Assembly (NCBI GenBank): GCA_973895155.1
Contig: OZ316892.1
Location: 12,774,238 to 12,838,237, forward strand
Length of the DNA: 64,000 bases
Direction of reading: 5' to 3'
DNA from: Marsupella aquatica
Taxonomy: Eukaryota > Plantae > Marchantiophyta
In this document: positions 25,301 to 39,886 of the stretch, piece after piece
How the letters are laid out: each line of letters starts with the position of its first letter
Numbering within the stretch: the first letter of the stretch is position 1
Translations under genes and position numbers: made by a program
Notes under the pieces: model-generated
Database searches by the model: none
What the model was told of the DNA's origin: nothing
The model's input: only the letters and a program-made list of their open reading frames with translations

Positions 25301-28300
25301 ATACTTGTAGCTGATTTGTTCTAGACTTCTGGGAAGAGGGAGGACAGGTTGTCATATCCCCAGTAGAGGGCCCATGGTAAAATTTCCTATGGTCTCCTTA
25401 TTGACATAAATCCATGTCGGCCCACCAAATGCTTGAGATCCAAGCTCCAATTCCAAAACTGAAGGTCCATAAACCACAACATCTGACAATCTGATGCTTA
25501 GATAGACCATTCCAACCTGGATGGACCACTTTGAAACTCCAGCACTTCAAACCCCAAACTACATAAAAACAATGAAGGAACGTGAATCTATTGCATTTCA
25601 GGGCACTTTGAATCATTATGAACCATTCTGTCACTACACCGTGGCCACATAAATCATTGTTCATGACTTCTACATGGAACAATGTTGAGCACATTGTCTT
25701 GCAATTGTAAGTCTGGTAATGTAAGGTGCGAACAAATGAGTCCCACCAAGTCAAATGCTTCCATCCAGGAGTCTTAGCAAACATACATTTTACATCTGCC
25801 TGTAATCCAAATACAGGTTACCCACAGCTCCCATTGGACATGGCTTACAGTCAGGTAATACTCAGATCTTGTTGGGCAATTCTGGGCCCTTGTTGCCATT
25901 GCATGTATTCATCATAGGGGTCAATGCGTGGCTCAAAATGTAGATATCAACAAGATCTATGACTTGCAAACAATAGCTTCAAAATGAAGATCCTCATATA
26001 TCTCCATTTGCTGAAAATGGACAGACAATAACTGTAAGAAACCAAACCAAGGGACCTGAATGGTCAGGCGCCTCTAGCCTGCAGGACCCAGAAATTTTCT
26101 CCCGGGAACCTGACTGAACCTGCTGACTCTGGCTGTTCATACAAAATGAGATATAGTGACCTTAGTCACAAACATACCCACTGGGCAGCCCCTGCCCAAA
26201 AGTGTGACCAGTATCAGAGTTTGGCCTCAAAATTCCACCGCATTTGCCTAACCTAGTTTGCGGACAATGTGAGACACCCTAATAGTCTTGTTAAGATCTG
26301 GCAAGGTCAAACACATGATACCCAATTATCTTAAACAGCTTTTAAATACATTGTCACCAAAGATGTTTGAATTTATAATACCTGGTCCACCATTGTTTTT
26401 ATTGTATTTACAAATATGCCACTATTTCTTTATATAGTTCCCTTGGTTACTTGCTGAACTTGTCATTCATATAAGACACCATGGCATATTTGTAAATTGG
26501 AAAAAAGACAATATTTATGGTTAATTCAGACATCTTGAGTGGCAAGGTACTTGAAAGTTGTTACCTTCAAAGCAAGTTGAGCGGGGCTAATTGAAGAGCT
26601 AAAGAAAGGAAAGGGTGTAACTATGTTCAGTAGGTAGCTAGAAAGGAACGAAAAGGAGTGGTGCAGGATAAGTTCATGTAGAGTTGGTGTTTATGATCAC
26701 TCATGCAGCACTACTACTGGATCAACCCAAACTAACAGGGTGGCATCTATGTGAATAGCTTCTCTCCTCCCCTCCAAGTGTTGTCTCGTAACCAAGTGTG
26801 TTATTATTATCAGGAATGGGGGGGTAGGCAAGCCTGGCAAGGCATCTTTTCGAGACTACATATGGCACTGGCGGAACCTATCATGGGACAGAAATACCAA
26901 AAGTATGACTGTTGTCATATTAGAGTGCCACAAAGGAACAATTGGAGGGCTTATCTTTCCGCTCGTATCTTCAGTACCAGAAGTACTTTGCAACACTCTC
27001 ATCTAGATCATCATCATGATAGTCTTTTCACTCATCTATGCACACCTTTTAGCTCCCTAACATGTGACTCACTCCAACAATGCCTGGAGAATTTGATGCT
27101 AGACTGCCTTGGCCTGTTTCATGCATGCATGCATTGCAACCAGGTAACCTTGCTCACACATGTCGATGTCCTGTTGTGAATTGCATAGATGGGTACTCAT
27201 TGATGAAGCCAAATACCGCAGTAGGTTAGAGGCTGAAGTGAGGCGGGAAGTGAGGTGAATTCTACCCCCAAGTAGAGTAGTAGATAGACTGATGACAAAG
27301 TAGACCTGGCAAAGAAGGCAGCATAACTATGCACTCATGTCTGACATCGTCACCTATTGTACCCCTCAATTGGATCTAGTAACACTCTCCTAAAATAGTG
27401 TTTTCACTTACGCGGATTATGTTTTCACAATAAAAGTGAATTTCTCAAGCACTGGACTTGATTTTGGCTCTCGGTGTTATTAATCATGGTGCCCGTATTA
27501 ATTGAACTTTAGCTATTAGGAAAAAACTCCATATCTTTCGGACCTAATCTCTTTTGCATTCTGCAACGCGCCACCGCCAATCCCTGGTTGTGCAGAAATA
27601 CATACAATACACCTTTTTGCAACGAAGATATCATCCTTGTTGCTCCAATGATGACTTCCGACGCGTATTACGGCCTGCTTTTGTTTAATAAGCTCATTGT
27701 TCCATGATTACAATTGTTCACCTCTCCTTTCTCAAAACATGCATGGCTCTGGCTGTGGTGACCACAACGTCGCTGTGGGTTCTCTATCCCTTCGCTTAAC
27801 GTACTGTACATAAATCGCTCATGACCACTATGGAAAGCACTCCTAGAGCCAAGTCAAACTTCTACAATTTACATTATGATGAGCATTATGATTATGAATT
27901 TCGTTTGCTAGATCTAGTCCCATCATTTGCGGACATGCACAGGAAATATTAGGAGTGGAAAAAGTCTGGGATGCCTTTCATTCTGTGTGTTGCAATGATG
28001 GGTGCATCCAGGTCATTTTATTTATGTTTTGGTTGTTTGTTTGTTTTATTTGGATGTGTGTTTTGCAATGGATCACAATGTTTGACAATCAAGTCAGGTG
28101 CACCCCTACAACCTGGATGGACTATCTTCAAACATTGTTTTAGAGTTGAATAGATTACTTTTCTTTTTATAAATGGTCACACCTATGGATTGGGCTATGG
28201 ATCTCAAAAGCTGCTAGGCCCATCTGAGTTGCATGAGTACACATTGTGGTTTTATTATCCGAGCATCACTTTTGTGTGTTTTGCTTGTCTAAATGAAGGA

Positions 28301-28329
28301 CCAAAATAGGCTATGATTGAGCCACAAAA

Positions 28330-29200
28330 TTCTATTGCTGATGAGTTGTTGAGTGTGTCTATGGCCAAGCATCAGCTAAACAATGGGCGGTAGTTTAACC
28401 TGGCAAGTATTTATCAGATAGATGTGGACTGAAGGTGAGACTCAGAGGTGGGTTGGATTACCTTGTACAATGGAATCAAGTGGACCAATGTTATTTGCCT
28501 TCTTCAATTTGCTATTTGAAAGACATTGGTGAATTTTGAGTGCCAAATGGTGAGCATATGAGCTAGTTATATAAACACAACTGGGGTACTGGGAGGGTAG
28601 CATTTGGGAAAGCTACATCTCCAATGAACTATCAAGATATACTCTTTGACAGTCAGATCAAGTGTGAGATTTTCATGGTTGGTAGCCTAACTTGGTATCC
28701 TTGCAGAGTTATGAGCTCAGTCATGGATTGCAACAAACAAGTAGATAGCCATTGGGGAGTGTCTTACTGGGAGCCATCTGTCAACTTCACAGGAACCACC
28801 TTAATTAAAGATCCCCATGAGAAGTGTATTGCAAATTCCCTGACTCTGCATGATTCCTGTCAGCATTTTCCATCACAAATATGGATGTCTTTGTTTGTGG
28901 CAATTGACAAACACAGCCACCAAACATGGCTAGGCCCTGAAATCATAAAATATGTGGAGCAACAAACAACAGAGTAAGAAAAATAACCTCATGAATAAGC
29001 GATCAAATTTCTGAGATCAACCGATGGGATCAGATGTTTATGATTTATGGTGCATATATTGATCTGATGATTGGTACTTGAAGCTTGTCAGGACTGGCAT
29101 TCTTTTTGGGTTTTTATGTTGCTATTTCTGTGCTACTGGGGTACATCACCATCCTAAGTTGCATCAAAAGAGTTTTTCACCCATAACTTTGTTGTCTCAA
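28330..29200 (+). mobile_element. Highly degenerate Ty3/gypsy RNase H-integrase remnant
   Basis: Scattered motifs in the expected order across frames: NSIADELLS (N..AD.LS), LFVAIDKHS (VLVAIDHFSKW-like), VLLGY...FSP. Many stops and frameshifts. Confidence 0.35.
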
Positions 29201-30395
29201 GTCCATGTGGGCTGCAATATTTTATGGTGCTGCCCTAGCTTGGGGACCCCTATACAATTTTGAAGAAAAGTGGATTTCCCAAAACTTTCCAATGACCGTC
29301 ATCAAATCAATCAGATGAAAGGAGAAGAAAAAGGAGAAGTGAGGAAGGAAAAAATAACTGGAATGCTGCTAATTGACATAAATGAGTTGGCAGACTCACT
29401 TCTATCCACACAGAATTAGTTGAGGGCAGCTTGAATGGGTCATGAGTGAAAAGCTTTGTAAGAGGCAAACAATAACAAGCACATTTCTTCTGTGACATAG
29501 ACATGACTTTGAGTAATTCCAAAAACAACTGATGACTGGACCAGATAAAGGATGAGCAAAATACTGACTGAGTGTAAATAATGTGCTCCATGTACATGTT
29601 ATGCCAAACTTTTTCAATCAATTTGTTGGAGCCAACCTTGCCATGGCCATTGTTAGTGGTTGAGTAATTTCTGTACATAATATTAATTATTCTAATAGTC
29701 ACCACAGGTCCAACACAGGGTCCACAAACTAAGAGCTCTTGACTTTGGTAGAACATAAATCTCAGGTGGAGGGTTCCCAAATAGCCCATTCAGTCTCAGA
29801 GAAGTTGTTTCAAATACTTTTGAATGGAGGAGTACTGGAGGAACTGTGGTGCACTGATTTAGCTTTGCTGGTGTGTGGCAAATCCGATTGTTGTCTATAT
29901 ATCATTGCTGTTCATCTTCTTTCCAAGTATTCATGTCCTTCTCTTCTTCTGTTTGAGAGCACTGAATGCTTGATTGAGAATTTCATGATCTCTCCACCAC
30001 CTACCTTCTCTGCCAGTTTCTGATGATTTTTTTGAATTGGTGCACTGCAGTCATGAACTTGAACTACGGTTATTGAACAATCAAAGGGGACTCCTTTGAT
30101 GATAAGTTAACTTTTTGAGTTTCAGGAATGAAGTGGATGGCACAGTTTTGTTGTGTCCCATTTTCAAGTTTCTTGATTGTTGTTTGCTCATGTGCATGAA
30201 TGCCTTTTTAATTGCAAGCTTGATCCACTTCCACCACACACCAAATCAACTCCATTCTGGGAAACTCAAGAAGCAAACCTCATCACAGTTACCACAGAAA
30301 ACAATTCCTAAGCAGTAAGAGCAAACAAGCAAGAATGTGCTGGTGGAGGATCAATATTCTACATTACTCTTCCTACCTAAGTTCCCAAACAAGCA

Positions 30396-30485
30396 CCCAA
30401 CCCAACCCAACCCAACCCAACCCAACCCAACCCAACCCAACCCAACCCCTCCCCTCCCCTCCCCTCCCCTCCCCTCCCCTCCCCT
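30396..30485. repeat. Compound microsatellite (CCCAA)10(CCCCT)8
   Basis: Directly visible. Confidence 0.95.
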
Positions 30486-31820
30486 CCTGCATTTCTACCA
30501 CTCTATATATACATTTACTCTTGAATGCCAACCAATAAATGTTCTGCAGGGAGGTGAGCAGCTTTTCTATAAGAAATTGGTGAAAAATGCTTCTTCTTGA
30601 AGCTATGTCTGGCAGAATGATGGTTAGGATTTTTGTTGGCATGCACCATAGAATCTGCTTGGTAAAAAGGAAGGTTAGCTTTTTAGAAGTGAGCATGAAG
30701 GATTAAACATGAAGCAGTCTACACCCGCATTCAAGTGACTTGTCTGTAGACACATATCGGACTAGCTTACCATGGAGATGCGTATTTCAAAGAAATCTCT
30801 ATACAGCTGTTTTCCTGTTGTAACTGTGGTTCATTATTTTCCAGTTTTTCCATCTTGGTAGTGAAAATCTCTCCCGAAATTTCTCTTTGAATGTGCATCG
30901 CACAATCACACTGTTCTTTGAACCAACCTCAACAGTTTGGACCCGAATAGATTCTCTCACCTGCCAGAAAGTAGAAAGGTATACGTCGAGAACTGAGAAA
31001 CTGCTGAAGTTCATTAAAAACACATGCTTTGGGACCCATAGGGTAGTAGATGCATTTCTTGGGCTGAAGGTGCTCAATGTCCCCTACACTTAAACAAAAC
31101 TTGTGGATTGATCTAAGCCGGTAGCTCAGATGGATGGGACAAGAATGTGAGACTTTGATTTTACAAAGATGCCCAAACCAGAAGAACATTTGTTGGCAGG
31201 CAGCTATTTGGCCAATGTTTCTCATTTGTCCGCAACGGACTTAATCTGACCTGAACCAAGGACTTCATTTTCTTTTTCCCCACGGGACTTAATCTGAACT
31301 ATGGATCTGATCTAAAAGAAGCTCATGATACAGAGACTAAAATTTATAAAGAAGCAGAAGGACAAAGTAGAGTGAAAACTATAAATTCAGTAAAATGTGT
31401 CGCAGTCACCCACACATATACTTACAGACGATGAGTTATAGAATACAAGATATCTATCCTGACTTATCCATTAACAGCAACTACTTTCAATTTAAGATTA
31501 ATCTGCTGCGCTTCAATATACATCATTTCTATCCGGGTCCTTCTTTTTCATGCCCGAAACCGTAATACTATTTCGAAAACTTCGCCTCTTTTTCATTCTG
31601 ATCAAATGCCTGAGAGCTGAGATCATGCAGATTCTTCGAAGTAATCAGAGTTACAATACAAATGTAAAGATAAGCTTAACGCCTTTACTCTTGCTGGAAA
31701 AACAAATGTCAGAAGGTCCAACGTGTGGTGTGTTCTATGAGGAGAGACCACTCATGACAGTCCCCCTAATGAACCTGTTCAACAGCTAGACTATTTATGA
31801 GAAGCGAACTGAAAGGAATG

Positions 31821-34800
31821 TTATAAGAAGAGTTTCGTGCATTGGCTTCTTGTGTCTTCAGGACTGGTCACTGTACAACCACACAAATCAACATGAGGGG
31901 ACAGACAACAAGTGAGATTCAAGCTGAAAGCATGAAAGCAGATCCAACATTAGGAGGTTGCGCATTCAACTTTTCAAAGAGTATTTAGCCAATAGATATA
32001 GCTAAGAGCAGTGTTGTCATATATATTTTACTCCAAAAATAACTGACTCCGAGGACTTGAAACACATGGAGATCCAATCATTACCCAATCACAACACCTG
32101 CTACACTCGGAAAGGGATGGGAACTGGGAAGTGTTAGTAATGCGTGGGTTGGACAGTATCTTGGTAAATGGAAGAAAGGGCCACCATGGAGCCGTGAGGG
32201 GTTTCCAAAACCAAACAGGTAACCTTCACATGCGGAATCGTTTATTGTATTCCATGCTCCCTGATAACCACTTCTACCAGAATATAAAACGCGTGGAGAG
32301 ACTAGAACCAGCCTGTGATAACAACATATCTGATCAACATGACCAAATGTAGAAAAATGCTGACTTACCCGTGTGCCCAATAGTCTTCTCAGATTCGAAT
32401 ATCTCATAATCATTTCCTCCCTGTGTTATTGCACGAAAGAAAAGATGGCACGTTAAACAGGAAAATTCGCGCTAAGAGAGGCATGGCTGTGTGATAGTTC
32501 ACTTGAATAGGTCTTGGGTTCAATTGTTGTGACTGACTGTTCACTTTCTGCGGGGTTTCACAGATTTTTAAAAAATAAAATCGCCAAGAGTGGCAAGAAA
32601 ATATATGCACACTTCCTAACAGCAACTCCCATCTACTTGCTCGTGTATGCACCACGCTTTCTAGACCGAGTGTTGGAGCAACTCCCTAGTCATAGACACA
32701 GATCGACATGAAGGGGGAGACATCAGACGATACGAGTAACCATAATCCCATGTGTTTTCTAAAATTGTAACTCTGACACAAACTGTCATCCACAAAACTA
32801 AATTCTCTAATCTGCTCGAACATAAATTTGTGAGAAATCAAGAGGAAAATGGAATTTGACTGAGTCAGAAACTAAGTTCACCTTGGAAGTCTTGTCGCCA
32901 AAAAAGTGAATCTCACTGAATTCTTTCTCAACAAATGCCAAACAGAATGTCTTATCCCATCCATGGGGGAATACCTGAACCATCACGATCAACAGTTTGA
33001 CATTACAAACCAATAATCTCGATAGAACTCAGGAATCATTCCAGGAAACTGCTCGCATTGTTGGACTACGGGAACCAGGAGATGCGGTAAGGGAATATTG
33101 AATCTCATCTCCCCTCCAATGATTTCATCTTTTGACTAACATGGCCGAGTCATCTGCTACCATTACATCTTCAAGAATTTAAAGCGTACTTTAAAATACA
33201 TGCTATGTAAAGTAAAGACATCACTTCTCAAGAAACGGAAAGAGATTTAAAAGGAGAAGGGAAATAAAGAAGCGGAGAGCGGCTTCGTGGGTTTAGGGTA
33301 TCTAATATCAATTCTGATAGACGTTCAAGCTCGGATGGACCACCACGTTTGACCAAAGGAGTCTGATGGATCACAGCACTTTATGACACCAAAACTGTCA
33401 ACGAACAAAACATACAAAGGGAAAATTTAATCTGAGTACAAAATAACGTTTCAAGATGGTCCATGTGGGTTGTGGCAGTCCATCCGAGATCCTGTCGTTG
33501 TGGTCTACGGGAGCTTCAGGGTGAGGCCATAAGAATTATATTTCTTTAGAAGCAAATTAAAAAGATACAGATAGAATCACTCACATCAAAGCTGATTTGC
33601 CCACCAATGGAGTAAGTCAAACTGTAATCTGCAAATTTTTCTTTCAAGATTCCCAAAAATTTCGATCGGATATTGTGCACCTATTCAAACGAAAAGATAT
33701 ACTCATTAAATGCACCAAGCGCAAGTTAAGTCACTAGCGGCTTTCTGTACATTCTGAAGAGATGGCAGCCCTTGACAAACTGTCCACTGAATGCAAAGAA
33801 TACAAACAAAATGCCAATCCTGCTCTGAAGCCCGTCTGCAGGACAATACAATTTGCTATCCCCACTGTGACGACCCTAGCATGATACCAAGCAATAAGAC
33901 ACCTACTCATGAGACAAATGTTCACTATTTGGTCCATGTCCTTACCTTGTCATACCTCTCGAATTCTTGACGTTCCTCATAACTACAATTGCGTCCAATG
34001 GGAGACACGTTAAGCATGCCCATCCTGAACTCGATGAATGTTCCACTGCGACAAAATTCCACGCATTTGTAGATCAGCAATGCAATAATCAGTGAGGGTG
34101 ATGTACTACCAGGATAAATACAGTATGATTAATAGTTCAACGTGTTGTGCAGTCAGAATAAGTTGCCATTGGCAACACATTGATGGATCTAAATTAGAAT
34201 ATATGCGGTAAGATCCTAACCAAGAGTTCACAAGTCCCTACGAAATGCACCTTCCATCGCAAACTAGTAGCCCTGTTTGCTTTCTACAAAACACTGACTG
34301 TGCTCCTTCCTCAGTCAGATAATGAAAGAACTAAAGTAGTCTTGTACGTGTGACGAGAAGATTCCATTGTTAATATTTTGGACACCATGATATTTATAAT
34401 TTTAATTATCAGTCTGGAAACTCTACACCCGACCTAACCAGAGATCAGCCTCGAATGCATTTGGAATGACTTCAAGGTGGAGGTGCACTGATACAACATA
34501 AAAAATTGAACCCAGATTGACGCTTCTTAACCACTTTCTAACATCCATGTGAATCTCTTAGTGACAACTTCTTCTGACACTACATTTCAGCTTTTGGTGA
34601 GAATCCGTTTACGGTTTAGGCATAAAACTACCCAGAGGAAGGAGAACTCTAGTCACATATTGAACAAAACAATTCATAGCCTTAGCACATACTGGTAGCC
34701 TACAGCAGCAGATCAACATTTACGAGAAATTTCCGTCAATATCTCTGAAAGTTTTCAGAGAGCAGAAAAAGCTAGACGCCTACGAAAAGCCATATACAAG

Positions 34801-37800
34801 TTCAGAACTAGCAATAAGAGGACCCCACTGACAATCATTTCTTGCAACACCAACGGGGAAAGAACACCCCGAGCAGTCGACATTAGGTTAATTAAGTGTT
34901 TAAACGTTCACAAAGGCGGTCAACCTTTATTACGGACGTGATGCAATAAATAATATTTCTCCGAGCTGTCGATTGAGAAGATAATGAAAGATATCATAAA
35001 TCCGACATATATCACCGTTCTGCTCTAAGTGATTGTAAAGAAGGAAATCAAGCCGTTCCAGCCATTGTGAGCCAGGTGCAATAAACATTTCTCAGATCAT
35101 TCTCCGACGACATGCTTGATAACTTGAGGACGCTGGTCAGAGTCCATTACTTGGAGAATACGTGTTCATCCGACTCCAAGTTGAGAAGCAAAATGAAAAT
35201 GCACGAAGAATCAATCATGGCTCGTAAACAGGGAAGAGACATTCGATTCGTATATCTCACCGCTTGATTGGAATATCTAAATCTGCAATGTAGTGTAGTA
35301 CAAAGTTGATAAATTTCTGGAGCAGAATACAGAGCACGACAACACGGAATCAAAGATGTGTATTTATAGCATTACTCAGCAGGAAAGAAATCCAAAATGA
35401 ATAAGTACTCTGCACCTCTACTCACACTCTTGCAGTTAGAGGAGAGACTTGAATGCAAATACTGAAAGCAATTGAGCATGGCGTTTGGTCAAGCCCAAAA
35501 GTCAATTTCTCCAAATTTTGAGCGGAAGTGCAGTACAATCTGCCGAAGAGACTCACCTTCAACTTTTCCTCGCCCAGATGCGCCTTCAAACTCTGCACAT
35601 TGTTCAAAAGCACTTCGCCAACTGTTAGAACATGAATGGAATCTTTCCCAGGATGCACAGGAAGAACGGTCGAGATGAGAGCAAGGTTTAGCATGAAATA
35701 AAAGTTCAGATCCAAAATGCCCTACTGAGCCACTTTACGGAAGGTACAAAGGAGCAAGTCAGCCGGATGAATTACAAACCAGAAATATCAGGAAAGAGGA
35801 TTGTGCTGAATGTCAAGCAACGGCCACATCATTACATTTAGGCACATAAATCGAAACAAAGTACATGGCCATACTGGCACTTGACTCGAAAATCAAAACG
35901 CGGCCCCCAGCATGAGTCAACATGATTGGTCCCTTTCAGAAATCTAGTCAGCCAAGCATGTATTTCATACAAGGCTCGACATGAGAGATAACAACCTGGT
36001 TGCCGATGAGCTTTCCCTGCTTGTATGCCACAAGGCCATTTTCCGAGAATACATAGTCGTAGTCAGAAGTGGCTGAAAGACATTTACAGTGATTAGAAAT
36101 TATTGTAAACATACTTGATAGAATTTGACTACGCGAAAATCATACTGAATGTCTCTCGGCTTTGTAAAGGTGTTTGCAAAGAGCAAGCTCACTTTGAACG
36201 ATGTCATAGCCAATTGTGATTTCACCAGCTAGGAAAGATGTTTAAGTGTCTAGTCACTCGTTTCTGCTTTCTCGGGTTGCTAGAAGTACGAAAAAATATT
36301 GAATAATATAGGGAAAAATACGGAGGAAGCTGTCCGCCATTCAGGCCATTTCAACCCACAATGATATAAGTCAGCAGCATTTCAACAATATAGAGGTTCG
36401 GAGAGTACTGGAGGTTTCTTGCCATACTTCCAACTGGTGGCTCACCCTAATAGGATTAAGGCAGGGAGGATGCATTAGAGAGAACTAAGCCCTGATATGA
36501 AAGGAAAAGTGGAAGACATACTGCTCTTCCCGAGTTGTTCAGAAATTTTGACGAGATCAGATCCCCCCACAACCCCAACAGTAACCACCTACAGGACATT
36601 AGATTCATGATTAGCGAACTAGCTCCACCAGCCACGCTTCACATTTAACGCAACCATTGGGCGATCATAAACCAGGATCAACGTTTTCAACCGAAGACGC
36701 GCTGCCTGTCTTGCAAGAAAATTTCCAAGGAGGGGATTTCCCCAAAATGATAATTAAGGTGCTCTCGTTATCACTTTGTGACAAGCTTGCATAGAAGTTT
36801 CAATTGGTCAAAATGTACCTTTCGGAGCTCTTGTAAAAATCCGAGCATTTCTGCTGATGCCTCCTGATAAGATGAAAGGAATATCGTCAGTTCAAACACA
36901 TGTTGGTATGGAATAGATGGCAAGCAAGTGTCTCCAGGCACAGGAATTTTTTGTTAGAGCATGCGTGCTTGGCATCCCAGCATGGCTACTTAGTTCTGTA
37001 GTAGAAAAATACTCACTCCTGCATGACCACCTCTAAATTGAATTCCTTACGCAGATCTGTAACCAACCAGTAGAATTGACATCTGCTAATTCGTCGAGAG
37101 TAGCAAATAATTGACCACTGTGAAAATTGTCATCGTTCTACAATCAAATAAAGGTGGCATCTCAGAAGAAGGAAAACTCCATGAACTGTCCAAACGTCGT
37201 TGTCCAAGCACAGCAGTCTCTGTTCCTTACAGGCCTGCTTGCTTCCCTCGCATATACCTTGATCGAGAGCTGACGTACTGAATGACAGGGCACAGTGGCC
37301 CCTTAAATCCAGACCGTGGAAGGTGGAGAACATGGCAGGTACAATGCAAAGGGTAGTGGCAATCCAACAAGTCTGATAAGGTGGACATACAACCTTTATT
37401 GACATCAACCAGGAGAAGACCATTGAAATCCAGAAAACCCAAACCAAACCAAACGAATCTATCACATGCCCATCTGGATTCTGCATTTCACGGCCAGCTC
37501 CCCTGCCTACTTATATTGCGAGAGAAATCTTGACCGAGAAGTAATGTGATGAATGAGACCGAAGGGGATGATTGTGGTTAAGTTGGGTCAAGTGATCAGC
37601 TGCGAGGGAAATCCCAGCCGAAAAACTAACTGAAATGTAGAGCTCGTCGGTTCCACTCGGATGGATGCAAACAGATCCAGCAAGAAATCAGAGAGATGGC
37701 AAGGAACTTCCTACGGAAACAGCAAAGTCGTACCTTCCTGGCCGGTGTGAGAGTGCCATCGACATCGAAGAGGGCAATCACACCCCCTTTTTTGCCTACC

Positions 37801-37811
37801 TCCGCTCCCAT
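31821..37811 (-). CDS. PMM: Phosphomannomutase (eukaryotic HAD-family PMM), 11 coding exons, 249 aa
   Basis: Exons (minus): 37734-37811, 36819-36863, 36522-36588, 35996-36072, 35557-35592, 35261-35316, 33946-34045, 33585-33680, 32882-32974, 32369-32420, 31821-31870. All introns are GT-AG with consistent phases; total 750 nt. Motifs: [68 protein letters not shown]. Confidence 0.97.
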
Positions 37812-37960
37812 CCCTGAAACCTACACATCCACTGAACCAGTCAACTACTGCAGACCCTACATTCCAGATCTGACCGTAATTCTCCTTCCCCGCACCCACA
37901 ATGCAGATCTGTTTCTCTCGGCTTCTACTGTACACTACACGTAAGCCTTGCACTTGCGGT

Positions 37961-37970
37961 GAAGAAGAAG

Positions 37971-38000
<30 letters not shown>
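37961..38000. repeat. (GAA)13 microsatellite, (TTC)n on the PMM strand, in the PMM 5' leader/promoter
   Basis: Directly visible, about 150 bp upstream of the PMM ATG. Confidence 0.9.
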
Positions 38001-38001
<1 letters not shown>

Positions 38002-38758
38002 GCCAGTCCAGTCCACCTCAATTCTCCCACTCTGATTAGATCAATCGACCAGCTGTCCGTCCTGCACTGTGGGAATGTAATTTCCCTTTGGGCTTGCCCT
38101 CTCTGGCCAATCGATCTGCGCTGTAGAAAACTACTCTCTAATTTTGGGAAAATCCCGAAGGCACATTGGCAAGCAAAGAGCTTCACATTACAATAAATAC
38201 CTCTGTCAAATAGTTCGCGCGTGGGCTTTGTCGGGCTCCGCAGAAACGCAATGGAAGGAAACGACCGCGGCGAACGACGAGAGATGATGAGAATGCGGAT
38301 GCAAGACAGATAGCAACTCTTCCACTAGACAACGTGTTACTAATCCCACAACCACTACGAAAAGAGCTCCTCCTCTCGATGGGCAGCAGCTGTGTCGAAG
38401 GGCGTGGACCCTTTGCAAACGTGGGTAGTGGGCAGATGATTATTGCTCGTCCGGTTCTCCAGGCCGATTCGCACATATTTTATATTTCTCCTACTCCGCA
38501 TATTCCATTCATTGTTCTTCCCTGCACTCATTTCTCCTCCTCGTTTGTCCTTTGCTTGACATTTTCAGTAAATTCTGTTGCCCATTACGACCTCTCCCAC
38601 TTCTCCAACCCACCGTCCTGATCAAACTCTGCCAAATTGCCAGATTGTAAAAGTACCACTGTCCACCAAGGTTCAGGGGAGGACACCAGTGCACTTCTTT
38701 CCTTTCTGAAAGAAACATTATTATTGACTTTCTGCAGGGGAACCTTCTTTCCCGCAAC

Positions 38759-38902
38759 CCATCGCTGAGCTGCTTTTTCAAGAATGGAGGACAGTACTGT
38801 AGGTTGCTGGGTGACACCATCGCTGAGTTGCTTTTTCAAGAATGGAGGACAGTACTGCAGGTAGATTGCTGGGTGACACCATGAATGAATGAATGAATGA
38901 AT
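38759..38902. repeat. 58-bp tandem duplication followed by (ATGA)n
   Basis: CCATCGCTGAG.TGCTTTTTCAAGAATGGAGGACAGTACTG at 38759 and 38817. Confidence 0.85.
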
Positions 38903-39635
38903 GGGCACTGCAAAATCACGGCACTCCCCACGGTGCGTTGCAGATGCAAAAATCATTCTCTAGTTTTTGCTGTATCGTTAGAGTGGTCAGGATCACCTCT
39001 AATTACTGGCCCCCTGTCCCTGCAATCCCTGAGTAACCCGTTTTGCATGGGTTGCAAGAACCATGGTTGCAACATGGCTGCAGCAACGTTTTGGGTCCAT
39101 AAGTGAGACTTCTAGTTGCAAGTTTGCGGAAAGCTTGCACTCCTGCATGAACTCATGTTTGTGTGTGCAAAAAATTTGGGCGTTGGGAAGGATACGCTCT
39201 TAAATGTAGCAACCCCATTTTTGGGGTGGACACACAGGGGTTGCCGGGAGGGGGGCGGCAAGTCCCTTTCTAAAAAGGGGCCTCTTTGGGTTTTTTCTTG
39301 TCTGCAAGGGGGGGGGCGTCAAGTCTTTTGCTGCATTTTGCAAGGTGCCAACTGCCCAGAGTCATAAGCTCAGATGTAATCTCCATCCAACCTTTGAAAT
39401 TGGATAGGATGTTTTTTGCATGAAAATCCAACTTGTTCACAGTTGATGATCTCTAAATCATCGTATCACTTTAGGGTTCTCCTTTTACATCTAATTTGAC
39501 ATCTTCACATTACAAATATTTTACATACCTATTCATAAGCCTTTGGTAAATTAGACTTGACTCAAAATGCAGATTTCACTGATTAGATCTACTTTTAGAT
39601 TGCATAGTTAAGTGATCACTACCCGCAATTTAAAT

Positions 39636-39886
39636 TGTTGGCATTCAGTTTGATCCAATGTCATTTTACAAATCATATTGGAGCAAAGGGTTTGCAATGG
39701 AGATTGCATTCAAGCTTACAGGTCTCTTCAGTTCATTGTTGGAGTGGAGCAAGAAAGAAGTAAAGGTCTCTTGTTTTCCCGTGGACGTAACCTCAGTCGT
39801 GAGGTGAACCACGTACTCGCTGTGTCGACTACTTTGTATGGTGTTCACATGTGCATGGTGTCTCCGGATAATAATTATCCCCAACA
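39636..39886 (+). mobile_element. Probable copia-type solo LTR remnant
   Basis: TGTTGG...CCAACA termini. Internal CCCGTGGACGTA...GAACCACGTA...TGTGTCG resembles copia LTR U5 motifs, and a related motif lies at about 11140-11200. TSD imperfect (TAAAT/ATAAT). Confidence 0.5.

Noticed and set aside
30335-30696. Pro-rich and Gly-rich ORFs (extensin-like)
   Set aside because: Translations of the CCCAA/CCCCT microsatellite.
33351-33366. GACCAAAGGAGTCTGA resembling 25S/28S rRNA
   Set aside because: Only about 15 nt of similarity and the flanks do not match rRNA.
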